The notes beneath the pieces were generated by a model. It did not search any database. It was not told the DNA's origin and saw only the letters and a list, made by a program, of their open reading frames with translations. This document shows positions 18,124 through 27,726 of a DNA stretch of 64,000 bases, in pieces (within the stretch, counting starts at the first letter, position 1; every line of letters starts with the position of its first letter). The position numbers and the translations under genes were made by a program. The stretch spans positions 1,917 through 65,916 of the forward strand of contig JBIKWF010000005.1 in NCBI GenBank assembly GCA_044356455.1, written 5' to 3'. Source of the DNA: Bdellovibrionota bacterium (lineage in GTDB: Bacteria > Bdellovibrionota_C > UBA2361 > JBGSMV01).

Positions 18124-19416
18124 TCAAGGTAGGCTTCGAGGCGTATAGTTCTCCAGAAAGCCCGCGCTGGTTGGAAAGAACAGGGCAGCAGGTGGAGGTA
18201 CCCCGCGCGCCAGCCAAAAATTCATGCCCTCTATCGCCCGAACTATTTGCTCGCCACTAAAGGCGCAGTGCCCGACGCTGTCTACGTAAGTTCCCGTAAA
18301 CTGAGCCCCCAGCCCCTGTGAGTTAACTAGCTCCTGATAAGCAAGTTGATTGCCAGGAAGAACAAAACCGTCAACTTTGGTGTGCATCGCCAGTACGGGG
18401 CCTGTCGGACGTCCCGTAGGGTTTGCGTAGGTCGCGAGATACCCGCGCGCAGTTTCGCTGACCGCGGGGCCCCGGCGTGCATTCATGCCAGCAAGGAGCC
18501 GATCTACTGGCACGCCAAACTTGGCGAGCGCTGCCTTTTCCTCGGGGAGAAGCGTATACACTCGAGTGAGATCTTGTACCGGAGCTCCACCCGCACGAGC
18601 TTCCAGCTCAGCGCGAGCTTCCGTCGCAAAAAACATATCGGTGAGTACAAAACCGTTACCGGTATAAAAATCTTGGGCGGGAATATTATTCACCATGCGA
18701 ATAAATTCCCACTTAGGAAGGTTTTCGCGCCTCTGCAGACTTTGGATGACCGTTGGTGCAACGTCATTCTCAAAGTCGAGGTCGTCGTTCACATCTTCAG
18801 GTGTTCCCCATGCGGCAGGCATGCCGAAAACGAGGTCGTATGCCGTGAGAATGCCTTTTGAGTAGTCAAAATTTCGCGTGCTTCCGGCTCCGACACTGCA
18901 GGCAGCAATTGCTCCACCGTAAAGTCCCTCAGCATTGGTTTCTATGCTTTTGAGGGCAATCAGAGAGCCCATCGAGAAACCCATAAGTATCGTGCGCTGG
19001 GGAACTGCAATCGTTTCACGAAAGTAACTGGTGAGATTGGCCATGTCGTCGATGCCAAGCTCGACTACCCAGCCATTGTCTCGGTAGGCAGACCCAGCAA
19101 CCGCGTATCCTTTTGCAAGTAAGACTTGTTCTAGCGCCTCGCCTCCGGGCGCTGCCTCAGCCGTCTTGTTGTCCTCCTCTAGGTTAACGCGTGCCTTGTC
19201 TCTATATCCGTGAGCATACAAGACAAGTGTTCCATTCCATGAACTCTGAGGCGGAACTGCAATTCGATACGGAGCTCCGGAAATGTCTCCTTCAAGCTCA
19301 GCGCCATTGGTAAAATCAATGGGGCCGTCCGAGCCTGATCCGCCGCACGCAGAAAGACTTAACAGAGATCCAATACTAAGAAGTACCGAGAGGAGTTTCC
19401 GACTACATCTTTTCAT
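18124..19416 (-). CDS. Alpha/beta-hydrolase-fold lipoprotein (esterase/lipase-like)
   Basis: It has a lipobox, 'LLSLSAC/GGSG', and a nucleophile elbow, 'GFSMGS'. It is 430 aa. Confidence 0.7.
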   Translation of the reverse strand: MKRCSRKLLSVLLSIGSLLSLSACGGSGSDGPIDFTNGAELEGDISGAPYRIAVPPQSSWNGTLVLYAHGYRDKARVNLEEDNKTAEAAPGGEALEQVLLAKGYAVAGSAYRDNGWVVELGIDDMANLTSYFRETIAVPQRTILMGFSMGSLIALKSIETNAEGLYGGAIAACSVGAGSTRNFDYSKGILTAYDLVFGMPAAWGTPEDVNDDLDFENDVAPTVIQSLQRRENLPKWEFIRMVNNIPAQDFYTGNGFVLTDMFFATEARAELEARAGGAPVQDLTRVYTLLPEEKAALAKFGVPVDRLLAGMNARRGPAVSETARGYLATYANPTGRPTGPVLAMHTKVDGFVLPGNQLAYQELVNSQGLGAQFTGTYVDSVGHCAFSGEQIVRAIEGMNFWLARGVPPPAALFFPTSAGFLENYTPRSLP

Positions 19417-19556
19417 GGCGCTACCGCTTTAAAGAAAGGGTTGGAGGGGGAAGGGGGCAGGCCGTAGGGGCGAGCCTCCTGCTGCAGCGCAGTTGTCTTA
19501 TATACCTAGCCGAAATTCAACGATTTTCTGAGGGTACTGCCAATCATAGAACGGCG

Positions 19557-20225
19557 TTACTTTGGTGGCTTCTCTGAACCCCAGGTGCGTTCAATGAACC
19601 CTGCGCGCCCTGAGCCAGCCCTATAGAGCTTGTAGTGAGTTTCGTTCTTTTTGTAGTAGTCCTGGTGATATTCCTCAGCCGCATAAAATTCGGTTGCCGG
19701 CGAGATTTCGGTGACGATAGGTCTTCCGAACTTCGAAGATGCTTGGAGCGCCGCCTTCGAATTTTCCGCGCGCTTCTTCTGCTCCTCGTTCTGATAAAAA
19801 ATCGCGGTTCGGTATTGGGGGCCTCGATCCGCAAACTGCCCTTCAGGCTGGGTCGGATCAATATTTCGCCAGAATATCTCCAATAGCTGCTCATAGCTTA
19901 CTTTCGCGGCATCGAAATAAACCTGAACTGCTTCGGCGTACCCTGTTCGTCCTGAGGAGACGAGGTCATAGGTAGGATTGGGCTCTTTGCCCCCGGCGTA
20001 GCCCACCAGCGTCTTCTCAACGCCTGTGGTAGAATCAAAGGGAGGCTGCATGCACCAAAAACATCCGCCAGCGAACGTTGCAACAGAAAGTGGCGCGCCA
20101 TTTTTTGAGGTCATAGAACTACTCCCTTTAGGTTTTGGGGACTGGGTAGGCTCAGTATAAGCGCGGCTTACGAGAGCAATCAAAGCAACGACTAAGATAC
20201 TGACTGAGACTAGGGTGTATTTCAT
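19557..20225 (-). CDS. msrA: Peptide-methionine (S)-S-oxide reductase MsrA, exported or membrane-anchored form
   Basis: It has the catalytic motif 'GGCFWC' and 'GYAGG...NPTY'. The ATG at 20225 (MKYTLVSVSILVVALIALV signal/anchor) is preferred to the long start at 20357. Confidence 0.9.
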   Translation of the reverse strand: MKYTLVSVSILVVALIALVSRAYTEPTQSPKPKGSSSMTSKNGAPLSVATFAGGCFWCMQPPFDSTTGVEKTLVGYAGGKEPNPTYDLVSSGRTGYAEAVQVYFDAAKVSYEQLLEIFWRNIDPTQPEGQFADRGPQYRTAIFYQNEEQKKRAENSKAALQASSKFGRPIVTEISPATEFYAAEEYHQDYYKKNETHYKLYRAGSGRAGFIERTWGSEKPPK

Positions 20226-20367
20226 TTTGAGCAGAGCTCCGTAATTGTGCGTTGTTGCTGCTGACACACTGCTAGTCGCACTAGTCCTTATATCATTACA
20301 CCGGAAAAAGCATAACTTCGTCCGGGGACGTGCGCCCAGAGTATTCCCTGAGCGCACGCATTTCTCT

Positions 20368-20880
20368 CTAGTCTCTTTTGAAAGTGAGGTTGCACATCAA
20401 AGAGGTATTGTTAGTCGTTGATGCGTTCGCCATTAGAAAGATTTCCCTGTCCACTTCGACGGCAATTGCACAATTTCCCCAGCCCCCAAGTTCAGCTAAT
20501 TGATATCCGGTTTGGCCAGTTTTTGAAGCATGGAGATTGCAGATTTGGATTGGTGCCTCATGGCTAATCTCAGGTGCAAGAATGCCTCCGAGGGTGAAAT
20601 TGAAGTTCCCATCTCTTCCGATACGCACAAGTCCGCCAGTTCCATAGGTGGTACCAACGGGGCAGAGATACTTTTCTCCTGCGGGGGAGAGACACGATTC
20701 AAACTTAAGAGTGCCCGAAAAACGGCCCAAGATGCTCCCCGAGCACCGGTAGTTGAGAGACGTATCCGCGCGGGCGTCATGAGCCGCGAATGCTCCCCAC
20801 ATAATTATGCAGGACGTTGTAACCCTTGCAAGTCCGCGCGCAAGGTGCGTCATTCTCATTAACATATTCTTAGCGACCAT
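20368..20880 (-). CDS. Small secreted Cys-containing hypothetical protein
   Basis: It has an N-terminal signal-like segment ('TSCIIMWGAFAAHDARA') and several Cys residues. No family was recognised. Confidence 0.45.
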   Translation of the reverse strand: MVAKNMLMRMTHLARGLARVTTSCIIMWGAFAAHDARADTSLNYRCSGSILGRFSGTLKFESCLSPAGEKYLCPVGTTYGTGGLVRIGRDGNFNFTLGGILAPEISHEAPIQICNLHASKTGQTGYQLAELGGWGNCAIAVEVDREIFLMANASTTNNTSLMCNLTFKRD

Positions 20881-21198
20881 AAAAACCTCTCTACATTAAA
20901 GTTAGCACTTACTTGGCTTCGTCTTGAGAGGACCACCAGAATGGGGGCCTCCAATTCGTTCCGTGCTCAGATTATGAATTGGAGATCTCGCGAAAGTATC
21001 ACGGGGGTATCATTGATTTCTCAATTCTTTAGCTTGGTGGCTTCGGTGTTAGCCCTACGTATTTTTCGTAGCCGATAGTTCTCGCGCGAGTTCCGGGGTA
21101 CTCCCTGCTTCCGACATAGGCTACACCCCGCGACTCTATTGCTGTTTTGCAACGCACTTCTTTAGAAGTGCCTCCCTAAGGTCGATTACCTCTCTACA

Positions 21199-22482
21199 GT
21201 GGAAACTAATGAAGAGAATCAGTTAGTGCGTGCGCCCTTGGCGCCAGGGGCGATCATTGCCGATCGCTACGTTCTCGTGAGGACTATTGGCCAGGGAGCT
21301 TTTGGGACGGTTTTTGAATGTGAAGACCTCGCGGTATCTCGATTTAGAGTTGCCGTTAAAATTTTTTCATCCATCGCTACGGGTAACCAATCGCATGTGC
21401 AGCGCCTTGCACGTGAATTAAAAGTGGCCTTCAGCTTGAATCATGATCATGTAGTTCGGTTCTATGATTCATTCAACTGGCGAGGGATGTTCGGATATAG
21501 CATGGAGTATGCCTCAAAGGGCGATCTGAGTGCCTTGGTAAATCCGTCACGTCCCGTCGGCGAGCGAAGTGCAGTTGAGGTGCTATTGCAGATATGTAGC
21601 GGCCTTGAGTTCCTGCATCGCAATGGAATTGTGCACCGCGATCTCAAGCCTAGTAACCTGTTGATTGATGCGGGAGGGGTTCTCAAAATAAGTGACTTTG
21701 GCCTTGTTGGTGCTTCCTCACAAAACAAGAATCTCCTGACGATTGGATGCGGCGATGTGCCCGGGAGAAAGCTCACACTGGCTGGGGAAATACTAGGAAC
21801 GCTTGATTATATCAGTCCAGAAACCATTTGTGGTGGCCGAGCTGATCAGCGCGCCGACCTCTACGCTCTCGGTGTTGTTGCATTCGAACTTCTCACAGGC
21901 AGCGTTCCCTTTAGCAATCATAGAACACTGGACTTGCTAAGAAGTAAGGTTGAGATTGCCGCCCCAAGGCTGAGGTCGCTCAACCGTTCATGCTCAAAAG
22001 ATATCGAAGAGGTTGTGGCCACTCTTCTTGAGCGTGCACCAGAGCGGCGCTTTCAATCGGCTCAGGAGTGCAGGGAGGCGCTCTGCCAAAATCGTGGAAG
22101 TAGAAACTTCGTGTCATCGCGAACAAAAATTGCTGCCCCATCCCAAGGCACTGAAGATGCGCCCACCGGAAGTTCTCCTTATCGGCCTCGTATCTTCGCT
22201 TCGCGACTACTTGCCCTCTTTTCTTGGACCACGAGATCTCTTATTCGTAGCGCCCGCTGGATGGTGCTGGCGCCGCTTCGAGCCTTTGAGGGAGGTACGC
22301 CTCTTAGCCGGTCGCTGGTGCTTCTCATCATGATTGCTCTCGTGTACTTGCTCGGAGTAAATCGAGACAGCAAGCTTGTGTCAGAGGGAGTGGTCGCTCC
22401 GCGAGGCTATCGATATATAGGTCCTGGTGAGGCACTTCCGCTACGACGGGAAGCGAACTCCGGGCAGGAGGGGAAATGGTAA
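21199..22482 (+). CDS. Hanks-type Ser/Thr protein kinase with a C-terminal TM segment
   Basis: Motifs: G-loop 'GQGAFGTVF', 'VAVK', 'HRDLKPSNLL', 'DFGL' and 'GTLDYISPE'. The TM helix 'LVLLIMIALVYLLGV' lies near the C-terminus. The start is GTG. Confidence 0.9.
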   Translation: METNEENQLVRAPLAPGAIIADRYVLVRTIGQGAFGTVFECEDLAVSRFRVAVKIFSSIATGNQSHVQRLARELKVAFSLNHDHVVRFYDSFNWRGMFGYSMEYASKGDLSALVNPSRPVGERSAVEVLLQICSGLEFLHRNGIVHRDLKPSNLLIDAGGVLKISDFGLVGASSQNKNLLTIGCGDVPGRKLTLAGEILGTLDYISPETICGGRADQRADLYALGVVAFELLTGSVPFSNHRTLDLLRSKVEIAAPRLRSLNRSCSKDIEEVVATLLERAPERRFQSAQECREALCQNRGSRNFVSSRTKIAAPSQGTEDAPTGSSPYRPRIFASRLLALFSWTTRSLIRSARWMVLAPLRAFEGGTPLSRSLVLLIMIALVYLLGVNRDSKLVSEGVVAPRGYRYIGPGEALPLRREANSGQEGKW

Positions 22483-23189
22483 GTACTCCTCAAGGCCGTG
22501 TTCTTTTGATTGACGATGACCCGGATATCGCTCTTCTTCTATCCTTTCATCTCTCGGAAATTGGGCTGGATCTCCAAGTTGAAGTCGATGGCGCATCAGG
22601 CCTCGCGCGTGGCTTGAATGAAAGTTTCGACCTCTTAATCGTGGACCTCATGTTGCCTAAGCTAGATGGATTTGAGGTTTGCAAACAACTTCGGGGCGGC
22701 AAAATTCACGCGCCTATTCTCATGCTCACGAGTCGATCAGAAGAAGTCGACAAGGTGTTAGGGCTTGAGTTCGGTGCTGATGACTATCTGACAAAGCCGT
22801 TTGGTGTGCGCGAACTCATTGCGCGCATACGGGCCCTACTGCGCCGTGCGAGCTTAGGGGCGGAGGGCAGCGATAAAGCTATAGAGCGAATCACCTTCCC
22901 CGGATTAGAGATACTACCGAGTAAGCGAGCAGTCTCAGTTCGAGGAGCACAAGTGGAGCTCACCGCGAAGGAGTTCGATCTGCTCCTTCTCCTTGCTTCA
23001 AGCCCCGGCCATATCTTTACGAGAGCCGCATTGCTTGATCGCATCTGGGATTACCACTCATCGAGCTATGACCACACGGTTACCTCTCATATCAATCGGC
23101 TGCGAAGTAAGATTGAGCTAGACCCCGAAACACCTCAGTTTATTCTGACGGTGTGGGGGGTGGGATATAAATTCTCTGAGGCTCCTTAA
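22476..23189 (+). CDS. OmpR/PhoB-family response regulator
   Basis: The receiver reads 'VLLIDDDPD...LLIVDLMLPKLDG'. The winged helix reads 'LTAKEFDLLLLLASSPGHIFTR...TVWGVGYKF'. It overlaps the kinase gene by 7 nt. Confidence 0.9.
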   Translation: MVSTPQGRVLLIDDDPDIALLLSFHLSEIGLDLQVEVDGASGLARGLNESFDLLIVDLMLPKLDGFEVCKQLRGGKIHAPILMLTSRSEEVDKVLGLEFGADDYLTKPFGVRELIARIRALLRRASLGAEGSDKAIERITFPGLEILPSKRAVSVRGAQVELTAKEFDLLLLLASSPGHIFTRAALLDRIWDYHSSSYDHTVTSHINRLRSKIELDPETPQFILTVWGVGYKFSEAP

Positions 23190-23191
23190 GG

Positions 23192-23998
23192 ATGTTAAAG
23201 ACTTTTTCGCAATGGGCAGCGCGGAGATTGCCAAGAGGGCGCAGTCACGTACGTCAGGGACCTCAAGCGACGTCTCTCTCCCGGGACGCCAGTCCCCCAA
23301 GTCGCGATATTTCTGAGATTCAATCTTTAGTGGCGGCGCTTGCCCATGATTTTCGGGGCCCTCTTGCCTCGATTCGTGGCTTCACAGAGACCTTGCAGCA
23401 AAATCAGAGTTCTTTGACCCCAGAGCAGACTAATGAATTTCTCAGTGTCGTTTTAAAAAACGTGGCTTCTCTAGAGCGCCTGGTAAGCAGTGCTCTTGAT
23501 GTTGAAAAATGGTCCGCCAAAGTAATGGTGCCAAATTTCGAGTTAGTTCCAATCTCTGAGCTTTTGGCAGGTGTGCTAGGGCGGATGCAACCAAGCGCAG
23601 AGCTAAAGAAGATTTCACTTTTGCTTCAGAATACAAGCCCGGATTCGAGAGTTCGCGCGGATAGCGTCATGATTGAGCGAGTACTTTCGAATCTTCTCGA
23701 AAATGCTATTCGCTATACCGAGGAGGGTGGGCGTGTCGATATTCGGATAAAAGATGTTGCTCGCCGTATTCAGATAGACATTCAAGATACGGGCATTGGA
23801 ATACCCTCCAAGGATCTGCCGCTGATTGGCGAGCCCTTTTTTAGGGTGAATCGGGACCGCTCCAAGCGAACAGGAGGATCGGGACTGGGGCTTTCCTTGG
23901 TAAAGCAGATTCTTGCCGCCCACGGGTCGGCTCTTTCAATTGAGAGCAAGGTTGGAGTGGGGACTCTTGTGAGTTTCTCCCTGCCACAGCTAGAGTAG
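23192..23998 (+). CDS. Soluble histidine kinase core (HisKA plus HATPase, no sensor domain or TM segment)
   Basis: Motifs: H-box 'LAHDFRGPLASI', 'ENAIRYT', 'DTGIGI' and 'GSGLGLSL'. Only about 45 low-complexity, Ser/Arg-rich residues precede the H-box. Confidence 0.85.
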   Translation: MLKTFSQWAARRLPRGRSHVRQGPQATSLSRDASPPSRDISEIQSLVAALAHDFRGPLASIRGFTETLQQNQSSLTPEQTNEFLSVVLKNVASLERLVSSALDVEKWSAKVMVPNFELVPISELLAGVLGRMQPSAELKKISLLLQNTSPDSRVRADSVMIERVLSNLLENAIRYTEEGGRVDIRIKDVARRIQIDIQDTGIGIPSKDLPLIGEPFFRVNRDRSKRTGGSGLGLSLVKQILAAHGSALSIESKVGVGTLVSFSLPQLE

Positions 23999-24087
23999 AG
24001 GTTTGATTCTAGGCAACTCTTTGTCTTACTCTAAGCGCTTGGATCGTGACACCAGAGATCCGCATTTTGCATTAGTAGTAGGTACCT

Positions 24088-25272
24088 ATGGAAACAGCAC
24101 CCGATACTGCGTATGAAGCGAACCAAGGGGCGCTGAGCCAGGCGATAGGCGTCTGTCCCAACAAAGACGTGTGCGGCTCGTGCACCCTCTCGGATATTCC
24201 CTATGCAGATCAGCTGACCCAAAAACTTCTAGGTCTAAACGAGCTTCTTGAGAAAGAGAAGCTGCCCTATCGCTGCGAAGAAATTTTGCGTTCTCCTAAG
24301 CAGAGTCACTATCGCAATAGAATGGACTTTGTCATTGACTTCGAAGGACGTGTGGGACTTCGCCAGAAAGGGAAATGGTGGCGTGTCATCGACGATCATC
24401 ATTGCTTTATCTCTGACGTAAATATTGAGGCCGCGTTTCGGGCGGTGCGTTCCTGGGTGCGGCAGGCCGGAATTAGTTATTTTGATAGAAAGAAGCACCA
24501 TGGGCTTCTGCGCTTCGCAGTAGTCAGGGTGAATCTAAAAGGCGAGACGCTCGTGGATATTGTTACGAGCGTGCCCAAGGATTCTAAAGAAAGAGAATTT
24601 CTCAGAGCTGCGCTCACGCAGTTGTCTAAGAGTGAACAAATTACATCCTTAGTGTGGTCAACGAACAGCACGATTGCTGACGTATCTTTTGGAGATATTC
24701 AAGAGGTCTTCACCGGCCAAGGGACTCTCATTGAGCGTATTCGGGATACCGATTACCGGATTAGTCCGCACGCGTTCTTTCAGACCAATTCACACGCGGC
24801 GCCATTTCTGTTGGACACAGTTCAAGAATGGGCCAAGGCTGCAGGAGGTTCCCGTTTACTCGACCTTTACTGCGGGACCGGTTTCTTTGCTCTAGCGCTT
24901 GCGCGGAGCTTTAAAGATGTCGTGGGAGTCGAATTGTCTGAGGAGGCAATACTTGATGCACGGCATAACGCGGCCCTAAATGGCGTTTCGGTGGATTTCC
25001 ATGTCGCCGCAAGTGAGAGCTTTTCATGGGGAAGCCTCGGCGCAGATACCGTCATTATCGACCCGCCGCGAGGAGGTATTCACAAGAGTTTACTCACCCA
25101 GATCTCGGAGCATCGCCCCAAGACGCTGCTGTATGTCTCCTGTAACTACAAGAATTGCGTTACGGATCTTGGTAAGCTTCAAGAAATTTACGAGCCACGT
25201 GCCATGCGTATGATTGACCTCTTTCCTCATACTCCTCATGTAGAACTAGTGACGTGGCTTGAGCGTCGTTGA
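24088..25272 (+). CDS. RNA (uracil-C5)-methyltransferase of the RlmD/TrmA family
   Basis: It has an Fe-S type Cys cluster 'CPNKDVCGSC', SAM motif I 'LDLYCGTGFFALALA', 'IIDPPRGG' and the catalytic 'YVSCN'. Confidence 0.85.
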   Translation: METAPDTAYEANQGALSQAIGVCPNKDVCGSCTLSDIPYADQLTQKLLGLNELLEKEKLPYRCEEILRSPKQSHYRNRMDFVIDFEGRVGLRQKGKWWRVIDDHHCFISDVNIEAAFRAVRSWVRQAGISYFDRKKHHGLLRFAVVRVNLKGETLVDIVTSVPKDSKEREFLRAALTQLSKSEQITSLVWSTNSTIADVSFGDIQEVFTGQGTLIERIRDTDYRISPHAFFQTNSHAAPFLLDTVQEWAKAAGGSRLLDLYCGTGFFALALARSFKDVVGVELSEEAILDARHNAALNGVSVDFHVAASESFSWGSLGADTVIIDPPRGGIHKSLLTQISEHRPKTLLYVSCNYKNCVTDLGKLQEIYEPRAMRMIDLFPHTPHVELVTWLERR

Positions 25273-25280
25273 TAGCGTCT

Positions 25281-25652
25281 ATGGTGCGGAGGCAGTTCTT
25301 GTATCGATTCCTTTTGGAGCCTTTACTTGAGGACCCCTCGGCCGTTGAGAAGCCCATGTTCGGCTGCCTTGCGGTGTATGCGCATGAGCGCCTAAAAGTA
25401 GTGCTCGCGGAAGGGGATGCGCCGTGGAACGGACTCCTTGTTCCCACCGAGCATGAGTTCCATGCGGCTTTACGAAGCGAGTTTCCTGAACTCGTGGCTC
25501 ACCCCGTTTTAAAAAAGTGGCTCTATCTTCGTGAAGATCAGGATTGTTTTGAGCGCGTAGCAGGTGCGCTGGTAAATGGTATGGTGCGGGATGACGCGAG
25601 GTTCGGAGTAGTTCCGCCCAGGAAGAAAAAGAAGCCGCGAAAGACAAGGTAG
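25281..25652 (+). CDS. Small hypothetical protein, possibly TfoX_N-like, with a Lys-rich tail
   Basis: 'KPMFGCLAVYAHERLKVVL' resembles TfoX N-terminal domains. The ATG at 25281 is preferred to the TTG at 25269. This is a weak assignment. Confidence 0.4.
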   Translation: MVRRQFLYRFLLEPLLEDPSAVEKPMFGCLAVYAHERLKVVLAEGDAPWNGLLVPTEHEFHAALRSEFPELVAHPVLKKWLYLREDQDCFERVAGALVNGMVRDDARFGVVPPRKKKKPRKTR

Positions 25653-25659
25653 GGACCTT

Positions 25660-25694
25660 AACAAGAAGCCTAAACAAGAAGCCTAAACAAGAAG
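25660..25694. repeat. Tandem repeat, 13-nt unit AACAAGAAGCCTA, about 2.7 copies
   Basis: Read directly. It lies in the convergent intergenic gap between 25652 and 25710. Confidence 0.9.
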
Positions 25695-25709
25695 TTGGAC
25701 GGGAACGCA

Positions 25710-26138
25710 TTATTTAGACAAATGAGTTTGCTCGGGCGGGCCTTTCATAACACTGATGCCAATTCCCATGACCGCACGCCAAGCCTTGTCCACATGTTGG
25801 TTATATCTGGGGTCGAGCTCTTCAACTACGGTCATTAGGCAATCGAGCCAAAGATCGTAGTGCTCATGCTTTACCCCGTATCCTAGATGTTGCTCCGCAA
25901 GTTTCTGTAACTTCTTAATGCCAATAGCTGAACCATCCGATGCTATCAGCTTATAGATAAGGGAGTCGCGCACCATCTTCTTCACCCGGGGGAGGTCCGA
26001 ATGCGCAAAAAGTTTTGCAATCTCCTCAGAGGAGTTTAGGAAGCGCTCATACAAGAGGTCGAGGAACTGAGGATTATCTCTGAGGCGTTCGTAGCTATCG
26101 TGAAACTGCTCAAGGACTACTTCTGGGAGAAGACTCAT
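25710..26138 (-). CDS. Globin-family protein (single-domain bacterial globin)
   Basis: All-alpha protein of about 140 aa with a globin-like pattern ('FYERF-type' helix, 'LAEQHLGYGVKHEHYDLW' with a candidate proximal His). The ATG at 26138 is preceded by AGGAGG and is preferred to the TTG at 26186. Confidence 0.6.
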   Translation of the reverse strand: MSLLPEVVLEQFHDSYERLRDNPQFLDLLYERFLNSSEEIAKLFAHSDLPRVKKMVRDSLIYKLIASDGSAIGIKKLQKLAEQHLGYGVKHEHYDLWLDCLMTVVEELDPRYNQHVDKAWRAVMGIGISVMKGPPEQTHLSK

Positions 26139-26528
26139 AGGACTTTGCCCCTCCTCGGGCACCAATGACACGCTGCCGGTCGCCAACTATGGGGCATTCA
26201 AGATAGGAGTGCTGTGGTATTGGTTTCGGTCATATTCGCACCATAGTGATGGCAGGGCGCTATGCCCAAGAACTCTCTTGCACTGGGAGATTCTAGGGGC
26301 AGGCCCAACAAGTTCGCCATCCGATTCAGCAGCTCTGAAATTCACTCTTAGTCACTCGTACGCGTTTGGCAACAAAAAAATCAAGCGACTCAAGGAAGAA
26401 CTGTCCCCCAAAAGTCCTAATTTCGGCCTTTTCTGAAGTAAGTTGAGTAGCGAGGTCATTTTGTTACTCTCTTGCCTCGACTTACGAAGGTTCAATCAGG
26501 TTGGAGAGAGAGGAAAGGAGTGTGCCTC

Positions 26529-27323
26529 ATGGCGCCAGTGGCTCGTTTGTGGGATGCGAGGGGATACGTAATTCTCCTCGTCATTCCGGTCGGTGCAGCG
26601 CAGCGGGGTTCAATTCCTGCGGCGCTGGATGTTCTTCTGATCGGACTCATCCTTGCCCTCAGCAAGGACGGTCCGATGCTGTTTGGCCACCCGTCGCGGG
26701 TGGTCAGGTCCAAGGAGTGGCTTAAGACGCCGCTCGCGGCTGCGGTGCTCATGGTCATGCCCGTCAAAACCCTCTCCGCCTTGTTGGGGGCGGAGAATGA
26801 CGTGGCCCTGAAGTCGGTGGCGGAGCATGCCACAATCGGATTGCTGATGCTCACTTTGATGCTCGGAGTTCTCCCGAGCCTCTTCCGGCGCTTCAAGGAG
26901 ACGGCTCCTGGTAAGCCAAAGCCGGAGAAGATGTGGGTAGTCGCGCTCGATCTGCTTGTCCTCGCGCTGCTCTTGGCGTTGGGAAAAGACGGAGCGGTGC
27001 TCTTCGGCGAGAGCGCGAGCTCGCTTCAGAAATCTCTCCCGCTACTCCACGAACCGTGGATGCGCGGCTTCATCGCCGCTATTCCCATCAAAACGGTGAG
27101 CACGCTGGTGTTCGCCGGTTCCTGGGGAAGTCGAAGCGAAATCTGCGCCAACGGCATGCCACTCATGGCTACGCTTGCCGTTCTGACCTTCGGCGTTGCA
27201 ACCGGTAGTCAGTTCGGTGGGTTGTTGGCGTATGCGCTAGGGGCTTCGCTGGCGCTTCTCATGATTCTCTCTACAGAGAACTACAAGCTCTTCATCAAGG
27301 GCTCATTAAAGGTTTCAGAGTGA
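26529..27323 (+). CDS. Polytopic membrane protein with an internal two-fold duplication
   Basis: The ATG is at 26529. Two homologous halves are visible, 'LIGLILALSKDGPMLFG...MPVKTLSALLGA' and 'LVLALLLALGKDGAVLFG...IPIKTVSTLVFA'. Confidence 0.6.
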   Translation: MAPVARLWDARGYVILLVIPVGAAQRGSIPAALDVLLIGLILALSKDGPMLFGHPSRVVRSKEWLKTPLAAAVLMVMPVKTLSALLGAENDVALKSVAEHATIGLLMLTLMLGVLPSLFRRFKETAPGKPKPEKMWVVALDLLVLALLLALGKDGAVLFGESASSLQKSLPLLHEPWMRGFIAAIPIKTVSTLVFAGSWGSRSEICANGMPLMATLAVLTFGVATGSQFGGLLAYALGASLALLMILSTENYKLFIKGSLKVSE

Positions 27324-27328
27324 GTCCC

Positions 27329-27365
27329 AAACGGGTCAGCGCAAGCTGACCCGTTTTCTTTTCTG
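27329..27365 (+). terminator. Rho-independent terminator
   Basis: The stem is AACGGGTCAGC / GCTGACCCGTT with a GCAA loop, followed by TTTCTTTTC. It begins 6 nt after the stop at 27323. Confidence 0.8.
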
Positions 27366-27466
27366 CAGCTCCGTTTTTAAGTCGGAGAGAATTAAGTCGG
27401 ATTTTGTATTCTAGGGCGCAAGAATGTTCGGAGTAGCGCGCCAGAATCGGTTGAGAAATTATTGGA

Positions 27467-27515
27467 CCACAAAGGACGCAAAGAAAGCTCACAATCGCAA
27501 CGTGTTCCTTTGTGG
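27467..27515. repeat. Hairpin CCACAAAGGA(N29)TCCTTTGTGG, a possible diverged member of the CCACAGAG family
   Basis: It has a 10-bp perfect stem, lies in an intergenic region and has a motif related to the REP-like family. Confidence 0.4.
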
Positions 27516-27726
27516 TGAGAACACTCAGATGCCCTATTTGTGCTCTAGTCTCGCTTTGCCGAGAAGGACTAGGGGGAAATGAATGTTAATTCAGCGACTT
27601 GCACTGCTGCCTACGTGATAGCGCACGTGTGCTCGCATCAAGCTAATAACGCTATGAGGCCTCATTTCCTATGGATTATCTCGCTTTATTCTTGAGGCGC
27701 GAGAGTTACCGATTGAGTTTCATTGT

